Below the pieces are notes generated by a model. That model had not been told where the DNA came from. It searched no databases and worked only from the letters and a program-made list of their open reading frames with translations. A DNA stretch of 64,000 bases from Chrysomallon squamiferum. Its lineage: Eukaryota; Animalia; Mollusca. A program made the translations under genes and the position numbers. The stretch is from positions 28,706,001 through 28,770,000 of the forward strand of contig CM022673.1 of the NCBI GenBank assembly GCA_012295275.1, in the 5' to 3' direction. Shown one piece after another: positions 1 to 14,188 of the stretch; position 1 is the first letter of the stretch; every line of letters begins with the position of its first letter.

Positions 1-108
1 GAAACATTTATTTGATGAAGACCTCAGATGACAACAAGATGGACGAGAAAGAGGAATAAAGAGCTGTGATAATAAAGAGTAATTTTTTTATATTTTTATT
101 TATTTTTT

Positions 109-142
<34 letters not shown>

Positions 143-449
143 GGGGGGGTATTTTTTCGTTTTACGTAAACTTAGTTGTATCAATGGTTTATAACGAGTG
201 TCTGAATACTTATTTGAGCTTATTTGTTTAATATGAACTTTCTGAGACGTTGTAGAAAAACAAAATTTGAGTTAAAACATGATGGCAGGGTGCGGTTTTA
301 TTAAATTAGTAAAATATTTTTATTGTTGGTTCAGAAATCATTTGCTATTCTCTGTATAGCTGCAAAGATAACCATGCCTTTTAAACATCTGATTCAGATC
401 CTAGCTGTACAGTGTAATTTATAATAATTAAATAGGAATGACAATGATA

Positions 450-481
<32 letters not shown>

Positions 482-790
482 AATTAATAATTGTTAATGA
501 TGATAATAATAAAAAAACAATAACAACAACAAGAAAAAAAAAATGAAAACGAAACGGAGGTGTGACTGAAGTAGACTAATTCTGTTTTTCAAATGTCACG
601 TTCCTGACAGAAGACTAAGTTCAAGTAGCCTTGCTTTGTCGTAATAGCTGAGTTCACTGCCGCTATCACTTTCATTCAACATTGTGTTTCTATCTCTGTC
701 GCCTTTGGGAATTATTGATTTAGTATTAAGTAACTTAACCTTGATGATAAAGTGCTTTTATAAGTCATAGCTATAATAATAACAATAATC

Positions 791-831
<41 letters not shown>

Positions 832-1389
832 CAGTTTTAATATTAATAATAATAATTACAACAGTAATAATAATAGTAATAACAACAATAAAAATAGCAG
901 AATTAATAATAATAATAAATTATAGAAAGACTATCGACTGACATATCAATGAATTTTCAATAATAATCCGATTAAAAACCTAAAACAAAACACTGTATAT
1001 ACATTGACACGTACAGCGAAAGTGAACTGAGGAATATACTGCGTATGCAACATGTTCAATAAGAGACGGAATTAACTTCAACAAACGAGAATAATACTGT
1101 GAATATGACAAAGGTAGAAGATAATTTTGCTTAGCGTACTGTCGACCTAATATCACAAATCGTCTTTGGGCAAAGTGCGTCATGTGTGTGGGTAGGTAGC
1201 GTTTTACATTACAGAGATTTAGTCAGTAATAGACCAGAAGACAAAGACATCCGTTACAACAGATGACCAAGAAAATATCGATATACTTTTTTTCTTTGTC
1301 TCACCTTTTCACGACACGCCTTGCAGCGTTATACTGAGTTCTGTTCCATCTCATAAACCAACTTTGTTCCAAGTTTACAAAACAGCTCA

Positions 1390-1573
1390 ACATATACATA
1401 CATACATACTTACATACATACGTACATACACACATACATACATGTCCATCTCATTAACTTTGTTCCTAGTTTACAAAACAGCTTAACAATAAACGGATAC
1501 ATATATACATACATACATACATACATACATTCATACGTACATACATACATACATACATACATACATACATACA

Positions 1574-1607
<34 letters not shown>

Positions 1608-1685
1608 CATACATACATACATATATACATACATACATACATACATACATACATACATACATACGTACATAATACATACATACAG
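1390..1685. repeat. (TACA)n microsatellite with a ~45-bp duplicated spacer
   Basis: Directly visible; ccatctcat...aactttgttcc.agtttacaaaacagct.aaca occurs at ~1346 and ~1446. Confidence 0.9.
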
Positions 1686-3536
1686 ATATAGTAGATATAT
1701 TGTTTTATTTCGCCTCATATTCTGTCTTAATATGCAGTATTGGTACAGTTTAGTACCAGCCATACAAAATTAACGACATTTGTACCTTCTTTCACAAGTA
1801 TTTGTTCAGTATACTAAATTGACAGTATTATTTATCCATTATTGACTTAAATAAATAGAGTAACATAATTTAAATTTTCTGTGTGGTCTCAGAAATAAGG
1901 GTTAATCAATGTAGACCATTGATTTATCAGATTCTTTGCCGCAAGAAAGATCTACTACAATTTATTCCTTGTCACGATTCAGTAAATATAATTATTATTT
2001 TTATCGTATCATTATTAGGTATCTTTCCTTCCTGTCAATCATATCGATTCGTATCAAAGACTGACTTTTAGTATCGTATCTAAACAGTTTCAGGTTTCAA
2101 ATGAAGTCAAAATCTTTTTACACGCATATCAGTGGTTCCAGGTTTAAATCTGGTCATTCACACACGCTAACTTGTATCATTAGCAACGCCTCTTAACTAT
2201 CTTCAGTGTCAAAATTTAAAGGATTCTGACACTGAAATGTCAACTCCTCAGCTAAAGCTCTAAATAAGAGGATGAAATGGATTTTTTTTTTTTTTTTTTT
2301 TTCTTCCTTTTAATTCTTTACAAAACAGTCGGTGAAGAGATGTGTTTTGAAAAGAATCTTTTCCACAAGGATCAATCAAATCATGATGTGTTTGAACGAC
2401 TGTCTGGATCATCTTTCGTCGTTCTTGGATTTAGGTAAAAGAAAAAAAAAAGAAAAAAAAAAAGAGAATGAAGAGGTTAAACGTGTTTTTCTCTTTGTTT
2501 CCTCAGAATCCAGCGAATAATCAAAGGACGAAAGCGTCAGTGTTTAATTTGCCCTGAATCCGCTTTTCTCCCGAGGGTAAACAGCTCGAGTCAAACAAAG
2601 GGATCCGCGGTATTCAGCACTGATCAAGTAGCTAATGCAATGATTCCTCAGTTGTTGACTAAACAGCGCCAGAGATAATTGATCGAGACAACGTCGGTGA
2701 TTTCATTTCGATAGCTTTGCGTTTGGTGTCAAACCGCGTCTATATTTAGTCACCTTTTTTATTTTGTTTCAAAAATAAATTACGGGGGTTGTTGCAGTCT
2801 TCGTTTGTTTCCTTCATTTTTTTTACATCTTCACTAAAAAAATCGTGGTACTTACGTAATAAGCAAGTAACAAGAAACTGATTAGCTCTTTGTTTTTTGT
2901 ATTTACCTTACTTAGAAAGCAATGACGCAAGTGTTTTAATACGTGAAATATTATCAAAAGCAGTGTTTTCCATTTTATACGTCTATTGTAGGCTTATAAA
3001 GTTTATGTTCATATACAGAAGATTCGTCGACTTTATTATATACTACAATATAAAATGTTATTGAATTTAGCCAAGACTGCATGTTTTGCGCTACAAAATT
3101 GTCGATGTCAGCTGAATATACATACATATATACAGACACATACATACACACATACATACATACATACATACATACATACATTTATATATATATATATGCA
3201 TACATACACAGACACACACAAAGACACACACACACACATATATATATAATCACTATTTTTCATTCATTTATTTCTTCAGACAACATGATTAGTGACTGAT
3301 GCTGTAACTGATGTTTTTACTGTGTGTTTCTATTGATATTAGTCTTTAGGCACTAAGATATTGTTATTTATTTATTTATTTATTTATTTATATCTATCTA
3401 TCCATCCGACTATCTATCTGTCTGTCTGTCTGTGTATCTTGTATCTATGTTTTGGGGTATACACACACATTCATACACATGTATATATTCATATATACAT
3501 ACACATACATATATATATATATATTTACCTCTCTTA

Positions 3537-3645
<109 letters not shown>

Positions 3646-6600
3646 AAACTTGCAATTACTTAATTCTGCAAAGCTCTCTGGAATATAATTTTTTATAATT
3701 GATTTAAACGCATTTAGCTTTAAACGATATACGGTTGCAGTATGTTTCTAGAAGACATTAATACTGAATAACTAGACTGGTAACGTTCATTTCTGATTTT
3801 ATGAAACAAAGTAATTAATGGTTACAAGTTTAACTGTGTACTTACGGTTGTAAGTTTAAACTGTATACTTAAGGTTTTAAGTTTAATTATATATGTACTT
3901 GCAAGGCCCCGAGCTCCTCCCTTTCAAAAATGCATGTACTGAATCAAACTTATTAATATTAAAATCGCTACAGCAGCTATTATAATAATGCTGACGTCGG
4001 TCTGTCTGTAACTCTGTGATGTCATTAAGACGTGTATTTTTTATCTGTGCATTCTATACACACGCACTTAGTCACATTCTAACTTAATATTCGTTTCTGT
4101 CTTCAATGATCTCAAATTATATTAATATTTCCCACTGCTTATTTCGCAAATAAAATCTGTCCTAATTAAGCTACTGGCGCATGCCATGCATATCTCTTCG
4201 AGAGTTCTTTAAGAAGGTTCCCCTTTTGTCCGCAGAGAGCGAGAAAAAAAAATGGCTTCCCTCAGGCCAAAATCCGCTTGAAACCATTGGATTTTTTTTA
4301 TATAATCTCTGTAGCTTTGGTGAGCCCAGGCTAAACATTAACCACGTCGTGACCTATTGAGTTTTAGTATTTATGTCGTGAATGGTGTTTCCCTTTTGTT
4401 CCTTTCTCCATCCGCACGTAATCTTCACTCGGAGTACGTCCTCGTTCAATCGAATTACCGCATTTCTGGGATGCTTCAGCTCGGTGATTAGGTCTGGCTG
4501 TCAAAACACGCAATTTAATATAGAAATAAAAATGTCAGCATGAATTTATCCCCATAATTTCTACTCGAGTTCAAAAAAGATGGAATTTACTTTCATTCAG
4601 AGAGGTTCTTTGTAATGCCAGATGAAGGTTTCTGAATGGGAATCAAATGAATATTGACAAACAGTCTGTAAAAAAAAATCCAAAAAAAAAATTGATGTTT
4701 CAGATAGAAACGAAGAGTATTCCTAACTTGTCATGCATAAATATAAAAAAAAAATATATATATACACTCACACACACAAAGGCCTACATACTATCACCCG
4801 GTTATAAATACATTCGTACGTCCATATATATATGTAATATATATATATATGTAAAACAAAGGTAAAGAAAGCTGCTACTGCTCAACTGAAATAACATATT
4901 CATCAAAACACAGTCGAAAAAAATAATAACTAAAATATAAAAAAAAACACCACCAAAATTTCTATAGCTACTCGAAATAAGAAGGAGAAAAATGAAAACA
5001 CAAAATACTTCTATCACAAACAAAATCTGAGACAACGGAAGACAAACAAATTAAGAAATCTTTTTATTAAAGATGAACATGAAGAAATCTTTTGCTGGCT
5101 TTCAAAACACAGAAAAACTGAAATACAAAAGTTTTTTTTTTTTTTTTTTTCAAAAACCCAACCAGTACAATCCGCAATACGAAATTACAGAAAGCTTATT
5201 ACCAAAAGACCAAAAATCTCCAAACCCATCAGATACTCTAATATTTCATCTGACTGGACGTGGTCATTTTCTCAGATGACCTTTCCTCGGTCATTGACTC
5301 CTGTTAGGACACGAACTGGTACACGCAAAATACATTTATACACACACATATATACAGTACATACATCTTTGTAAGTCGGACGACAAAACACGGGATGTCA
5401 CTGTTTGATTGGAAATATCGATCAAAGCCACATGAACCATTAAGGCATCTCTATTTATCAATGTCATGCCTCCGTGAGTTTGAAAAACGCAGATAATTCC
5501 ACTACGAACGTACAGCAGAAACGTGAAATGAAGAGTCTTTGCGAGGCAATGTCAGTGGCACACACACACACAGATGAGACTTAAGCTGTGTGTCGTTAGA
5601 TGTCGCTCTATGAGTCTTGAGCTATAGCGTCTTGGCCGATTTTTTTTTTTATATATATATAATGGGGGTATGAAAAAAATACGTAAGAAATATACACATA
5701 CACATTTAGGTGTTCAGTATTGAATGTTTTTTTGTGTTTGTTTTTTGTTTTGATTTTTATCCAATTTTCAATATTTCTAGAAAAACGCTAAATATCTGCG
5801 ACACTATGACCTGTTTTCAGAAGTGGACTTTTTTAATTATTAGTTTCATTTTGTGTAGATGCGTAATGTTTGCATGTATGTATGTATATATACATATTTA
5901 TGTATGTATGTAGTACGTATGTGTGTATGTATGTACGTACATATGGTATGTATGTATGTATGTATGTATGTATGTATGCATGTATGCGTTTATTCATGTA
6001 TTCATGTATTCATACACATATCTGATATATGTGGAACGTGTGCATGTATTTTATACGTGTATGAATGAGTACATTAAACTGATCGTCTTCCGAACTACAA
6101 AAGTTTTACGGTACAAAAAACGTATTACAAGGACGTAAGTGACGTTAACGCTAAAATCTGAATTCTTCGGCTTAAGCGAGGCAAGTCGAAAACGTTCACA
6201 TTAAATTAATGGCCTTCTAAAGGAATACCCTCGTTTGATCTTCAAAGCTTTGTAATCATGGTCGTCTTCTGTAGTCATCTTTATTGCAGCACCGAGACAA
6301 CCAAGCTAAGACCTGACGAACTTGTGATGTCGTCTGAAACAAGCCGGTTTTTCGATGATAATTTCGTTAAATGCTGGTCCACAGTCTGGCTTTGGGTCCC
6401 TGTAATTAAATTTGCTGTAATTAAAACCACGAGTGTCGTCACGTGACCTAAAGAATGAGACTGTCTACAAAGATCCGTCGTGATCACAGATGTATTTTAT
6501 ATACTTCAGATGTACTTTCAAACACGCACAAACACACACATATACGTAGACATAGATAGATACAGACAGGCAGTTTGAAATATATTTAGATATATATAGA

Positions 6601-7434
6601 TAAAGGCTGATAGATATAGAGAGAAGGACATACAGACAGAAAGATGAAAATGTCGATAAATACAGATATATAAATATAAGATATATAGATAAATATATAT
6701 TTTATCTCACTTATATAAAATCCATACAATTTGCCAATAATGAACGGCTTGCTGAATAATATATATCTATTTCATTTCATTTCCATTCAGTTCGATTTCA
6801 TTTGATAGAGATCAAAATATATAGGAGAAATATATATATATGTATGTATATAAACTACCTGAATGAATATATATTTTTGTCTTATAAAAAATACAAACGC
6901 ACATACACATTCACACACACATCCAGGCTACACCACTGAAATACGAAACATAAATAACAACAACAAAAGACTGATAATTATAACTAATAATTGTTGTATT
7001 TACACTTTAAAACCTTTCTCTTTTCTTTTTTTTTTTTTTTTCCACAGGTTACTTTGAAGATTTTATGTTCCGGTTCGCATTTTGTAAAACGAAAAATTGA
7101 GGTAAGATGTCTTTGTACTTTTCTCATCCTACGTTGGAAACTGTGCAGATTGTATTTAATTTCTAAAACACTTTATATACGAGCCTAGTCATAACTGTCA
7201 CTGCGATTTCGTCAACAAAGCTTTATCTGTTTTATATTTTAACGCTTGTCAAGGATGCTCGCAGATTTCCATTAGGTTTAGCAGAAATGATCCAAGTGAA
7301 TGTGATTTTAATTTGAAAATCGTCTAGCTACTATCAGTCGAGTTCATACACTGAATTTATTTCATTCATTTCATTACTTTTCTGTCTAGCTAGCTTTCTG
7401 TCTGTCTGTCTGTCTTCTGTCTTTCTTTCTGTTT

Positions 7435-7507
<73 letters not shown>

Positions 7508-7556
7508 TCCTGAATTTCTCTCTCTCTATCTATGACTCTCTCTCTCTGTTTTCCTG

Positions 7557-7650
<94 letters not shown>

Positions 7651-8164
7651 TCTCTCACTCACTCTCTCTCTCTATATATATATATCTATCTATCTATCTA
7701 TCTATCTCTCTCAAGGAAAATCCATCCAATTTGCCAATAACGTACGGCTTGTTGAAAAAGAATAACATATTTCACTTGAGTTCCATTCAGTTCAATTTCA
7801 TTTCCATTTCTTTTGTTTCTTTTCCTTTTTCATATTTGTCTTTCATTTATATTTTGTTTTCTCTCACTGATTTCCTCGAATACGCAATGTTCCATAACCC
7901 CGAAATGGGCAAGATTTTTGTTTTTTTTGATAATTCAGAATATTGGTGTTCTTTTCAAAACATTATTACTACCACATGCGATTGCACTTACATGATTTCT
8001 AATTACATCTGCAAACAGCTTGCAAATTTGAAGAAATCGATAAAAACAAAATAATGACAATAAATAAATTATATATTCCTTTTACATTCCCACGATTATT
8101 AAGGAGCTGATACTGAATTATTTTATAATGTAGGCAATCTAAAACACATAGCTGACTCTTTTTT

Positions 8165-8269
<105 letters not shown>

Positions 8270-8976
8270 TTCTCTCTTTAGAAAACAACCTTGAATTTTC
8301 ATAATTTATTACTGAACATTCTTCAAACAGACGCTACACCACTGTGAACACGTTAATGACCAGAAACCGTCTTTACGATACTTAAAATCAGCTGTCAACA
8401 TCTTCTGCTGACAGCTGTAGTGAGGCGAGTTTTAAATGACAAAATAAAAGGGATCTTCATGTTCGTAATTTAGTTTCTCAGTCAGCTGTCTTTCTATCAG
8501 TTGATCTTATCTTTGGTTACGCGGGTCGAGTTGATCTCTTTCGTTCCAGTCGTTTCTGAAAAACGCATCAGCAGTCCAAGATCATTACGACCATCGTGTT
8601 GTTATAATATTATAAACAGATTACATCTCCATCTATTATTCTGCCCAGGCGGCCTGGAGTTACGAAATGTCCCGCTAGAAATCCAGCTTCCATTTATGAC
8701 ATAAAAGCTTCATGAAATATGTAAAAATAGTCGCACATTTTCCTTTACGTGTTATAGCAACCGGGGAATAAGATCTAAAGCGTAAATATATCATTATTGT
8801 TTTAAAATGTGCAGATTACAGATAAAAAAAGAATTATTCTCAAAGGCAAACGGCTGCAAAATGTTAAGGATATATAGCGTGTAATCTTTGTTTGGCCTTA
8901 TTTACTATTTGATGAAGAGACTTATGTTTAAATTCAATAGGTGCAGTGAAATCAATTCATTTTATTTTATATTGTA

Positions 8977-9007
<31 letters not shown>

Positions 9008-9382
9008 TATAGATATATATATATATAGATATATGTATGTATGTATGTATGTATGCATGTATGTGCTCGTCTCCCTATATCTGTAACTCTGCTTGCATGT
9101 ATGTATGGTTTTAAGTATGTGTATTTCTATTGGTAGAATGATATATAGAGTATGGATGAATGGGCGTATACTCTACACGTCGTAGGTGTAATAGTATTGT
9201 TTAAGTAGCTCTATGCATATAATTTAATTATGTATGTCAGTTTAACCTACGTTGATAGTTATATATTTCAAAATAGATTCGTATGCAAACTCTTGTACAA
9301 ATTCATTATTAAATTCGTATAAATAAAAACAACTTCATCTTCTCTAAAGGATAAACATTATTTTATATGTTTATATTTGCAG

Positions 9383-9518
9383 GTTTTCGATGCTGTGATC
9401 ATTATGGTTTCGTTTGTGGTTGATGTGGTGTTTCTCAAGGGCCTTGGTTTGTTCAACATTGATTCCATGTTTGTTCTCGCCTTGTTATTACCCTGGAGGG
9501 TTATACGAGTTGTTAATA
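9383..9518 (+). CDS. HVCN1: Hv3 exon encoding S3-S4 of the voltage sensor
   Basis: Acceptor ttgcag|GTT and donor AATA|gtaagt; 45 stop-free hydrophobic codons ending LPWRVIRVVN. Confidence 0.9.
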
Positions 9519-12114
9519 GTAAGTAGAACGTTCCTTAAACACAGACAGACAGTAATACGTACATACAAAAATAATACACATTCACTTTTTGTTTATTTTC
9601 AAGAGATTATTACGAAGGATGTTTTCCTTGGTTTACACATATACATACTTATACTTGTATTTATTTTTCTTTTTTCGATTTAATTTAAAAAAAAAAAAAA
9701 AAAAAAAAATTGTTTATTTTTTATTTAGTGTATTAAGTTCTGGAGTGTTAAGAAAAAGACACACAAGTTACTGTTTGTAATTATTTCATCAGGATTATTT
9801 TTTGATAGGGTCATCAACACACACAATATAAAATAAATAATATGACTGTTTTACTAGTGTAGTAAATTATAGGGAATGCAAAAGATATTCCCAGACTTTA
9901 AATCCATTATTATGGATCGATTAACTGCAAGTTGTAAGAAACTCCATTTGTAACTCACAGCTTTAAAACTGTTTTAATATTTTATAATTTGTAACGTAAT
10001 AACTGAGAAGCTAGAAATCATCGCTATATGAGCAAAATATAAAGGAACGTTAATAAAATTAATGGAACAACAAATCTGACTATCGTCTTACCAACAGCAG
10101 AACTCTTCTGGACTAATCACTTTATAGAAATCATAGACACCAAACTTGAATTTAAAATTAAATTGTTATTTATTCATCAATAATCATTTGGGAGAAACTT
10201 ATTTTTAATTAGTAAGATAGAAGTGTTTAGAAGTTTTAGAAAAACGTCGATCTAAACGCACAAATCTTTTACGTGAATATTTCATTAACCAAAGCACTCG
10301 ATTAACCAATCTTGGAGCACCGGTTTGATTGGGAAAACATACCAAAACCACTCAATTAACAATAATGGTGCAACCGGCTTGATTGGGCAAAGAGTTGCAT
10401 TATGTACCGAGGATTATTAGAAGACGAAGACTAGGACGTAACAAAGCTGTCATCGTGAATACGAGAAACCCGAAGTCGCAGTCGACATAATATTAACAAT
10501 TTCGTAAAGACCAGATTCCAGACGACTCATCATTATCATCGTAAGATTACAACAATTAATACTAAATCAGCCGACCCAGTTTTTACCCGTGTATTTCGAG
10601 TCTCTTGGCGCAGATGAATTTCTGAAACTGCGTCTTCGGAACCGACTGTCAGGAAGATCGCTTTAATTAACATTAATTTGTCTACGTGTTGGAGTGAACG
10701 GCCGACACAGCACGTTTCTCTCGTGATTCTCGACTACAATAAATCAAGGCTGAACGTTTAATATATTGATGTATCGAGCGTTCAGTCAAATTCCTCGCTT
10801 TCCAAATATGTACCCTTCGTCGTTAATCACTCAAAAAAATATACAGCTGAGAGATATACGTTTGTATCGACAGCTGAACTGTTCGGTTAAAAAAAACGAA
10901 ATTAATCAGACGTGTTTTTGATATTGATTAGAGGGATATCAGTCTCGATAACGTCCTAATCAGAATATTACAATGTTAGTAAATATGACGTTTTGATTAA
11001 AGTTTAATAATATTAGTCGCCATGTTTTTAATTAGAACGTTATAATGTTAGCAAATGTGCCGCATTGATCAGAATGTAATAATATCAGTGGTGATGACGT
11101 AATAATGAGAATGCAAGAAAATGAGTCGCTGTGACGTAACAATCGATGTAATAATGATGATAATTGCGGCGACGTAATAATCAGAAAATGTTAATCATTA
11201 GAATCGATGACGTATTAAAGAGACGAACGAGTTAATCTGAACGTATTAGTGTCAAAGCTCATCGATATAGTAATTAGAATGGCAGAGTGTTTGTAAATAC
11301 TGTGCATTAATTAAAATATTATACTGGTAGTAAACACAATGTGTTCATTAGAATGTTATAATAATACCAAATATGATGTATTAATTAAAATATTATACGG
11401 GTAGTAAACACAATGTATTAATCTATTTTGTTCAAAATGAACATGACACTGAAAACTTGTGAAAATTAATCAGTTTTCAGTTCCAGTCTTCTCGCCCACT
11501 CTTACGGGCAGTTATAAAACTTATTGCCACAGTTCATAAGCTGAATATACGAAAAAAAAACACCCACTGGTTATTGCTAACATTTAAAAGAAAAAGAAAA
11601 GAAAGAAGAAATTTCTAAACCAGAACCGGTACAGGTTATCTCACATTTTCACATCCTTACAAAGTGCTCTTATGACGTCATCTTCTACAGTCAACATGTA
11701 GATAGAATATTCTAACTCTTACTTCAAATGTAAAATTAAAAAAAAAAAAACGAAAAATAGATATAGAACGAAATGAAAACGTTATTTATTCTTACAAAAT
11801 GAATTTGGCATTTCAAAATGTCGGCCTTATCTGGCGTCTTTTATGAGCTGCATCTTGAGAAAACTTTGAAGATAAGAAACCAGGTCGGATTCTAGCAGAA
11901 GAGTCTTCACACCGCGAACTTTTAACAGCACCGAGAAGTGGTTAAACATTACTCTTTTGTTTGTCCAACACTTTTGAATAAATAATCCTTCGTTTCTGAT
12001 AGCTTCTCATTCTCGAGTGCTAGGGGCTGGCGGGTCCAGGATATTTTTTTTGAGTGGAGAGATAATATCATTGTGAGAAAATACTTTTCAAAAGATTTCA
12101 ATACAAAGCACAAA

Positions 12115-12162
<48 letters not shown>

Positions 12163-12600
12163 GTTGATTGGTTGGGCAGAAGAATAACTGGGGTACCATA
12201 CGGTTCCCTCCCTTGAAACCGTGTATCAGCCAGGACATGATTACAGATAATGCAAATCGAAGTAGCGAAAGCAAATATTGGACAAACTTTTTTTCTTCGA
12301 TTATTTCTAGTCGATTTGGATACATCTGCCTTCATGAACTATTCGTACCTTTTGGAAACATTAAAATGACATCCCAAAAAAAAAAAAAAAAAAAAAACGA
12401 TAAACGATCTTAGTATATTTTTGTCTAGGATTTTAAATTTATTTATTGGCAAGTGTGAAAATATAAATGGATCAGAGTAGAATGACAACAAGATGTTTGT
12501 GGTTGCTTTGTCTCCCCGGTTTTGGATTTTTCATTTTTATATTATTTATTTATATATTTATTATTACTTTTAAATATTTTTTCTTGGTCATTAGTTGGTA

Positions 12601-12671
<71 letters not shown>

Positions 12672-12955
12672 CATTAATAACTTGAAACAGTTCATTATTG
12701 TTTTGTACGGAAAAATCGTATCTTGTCCTTGACCTACATCTAGTTTAAATCTATATGGAAATTAGTACAAGTCGTCTGAAACCAAACGTCTCTGTGAGAC
12801 ACTATGTAAATTACAAGTAATCACCAAGCACTGTATCTAACCACGAACACACATCTACGTAGTACTTGACTAGAAAGTCTTCTACAGCATCGTTTTAAAT
12901 ATCCAAACTAGACTTCGTCGTGCATCATGAACTTTCTATTTTTTAATTATTATTT

Positions 12956-13021
<66 letters not shown>

Positions 13022-14137
13022 CGATTATTTCTATTATTAATTTTTATACGGTCCTTCTGTCTTCGGGACAGACATTATTTTAATGATCTTTATCTATATT
13101 TTATTGATTTCTCAAACTGTAGCGTCTTGCGTAAAGCTTCTCTCTTTTTTTTTTTTTTCTTTTTTTTTAGAATAATGATTTATGCCGACTCCACCAGTTT
13201 TATTTGCAACGCTGTTTTTTTTTTACATCGATTTTATTTTTATTTTAGATGCTTTTTAGCGATTGTCTTCTTGCTCAGGACAATGAGTCTAAACATATCA
13301 ATAGTGTTTGTAACGATCGTTATTGGTTTTTTATGTCTTTTTTTCCCATTGTGCCACATTACTTGTTAGACTGAATATTTTCAGTCCTGCTGTCCTGAAT
13401 GCCTTGATATCTTAATACGATGCATGACAAACTCGTGACATGATAAATCAACTACTTTAATCCTGCTGTGAGGTTTCATGTGGAAACTTTTACCTTGATT
13501 AACACGAAAATGTAGAGCAGGGCTTAATCAGATTAGTTTGCTGTGGTGTGTGATGTCCAGGCCATCACAATAAGCGAGAGATAGAATAACGCATCCCCAT
13601 ACCAATGTTTTCATCCATTACTAGGTATAACCCCACTAAGCCATTTAATTTAATTAATCGCCTAAGATAAGACCTGGATGACAAAAGCCAAGCGACTGAT
13701 TTCTATGTTTATTTATGACATACGTATTTAAATTTTCTGTCAGTTCTAGAATATTATTGTTGTATGTATTTATCTTCCTCCTTTCGCCTAGAATGATGAC
13801 GATACTTTATTTGAGATGGAATCGTTTTGATTTATGTGTCTTAAAGAGATTAAAATGTTATTTATTATTATTATCATTATTAGTGCCGATGATCATCATC
13901 ATCATCATAGTAGACAATATATTTATGTTCATGATCGTGAAGACGATAATGATGATGATGATGATTATTGTTGTTGTTGTTGTTGTTGTTGTTGTTACTG
14001 TTGTTGTTTTATAACTGATTACTTAGTTGTTATAAAATAACAAAATTCATTGAAAACTGTCACCGACTTTCACTCAGTAGTTATCAACATAAAATATTAT
14101 TACTACTACTATTCTGCTGCTGCTGCTGCTGCTGCTG

Positions 14138-14188
<51 letters not shown>

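Noticed and set aside
1-59. Possible end of an ORF (MKTSDDNKMDEKEE-stop)
   Set aside because: Too short and truncated to support
6258-6487. Overlapping short ORFs as possible Hv S1/S2 exons
   Set aside because: No S1/S2-like transmembrane sequence and no convincing splice sites
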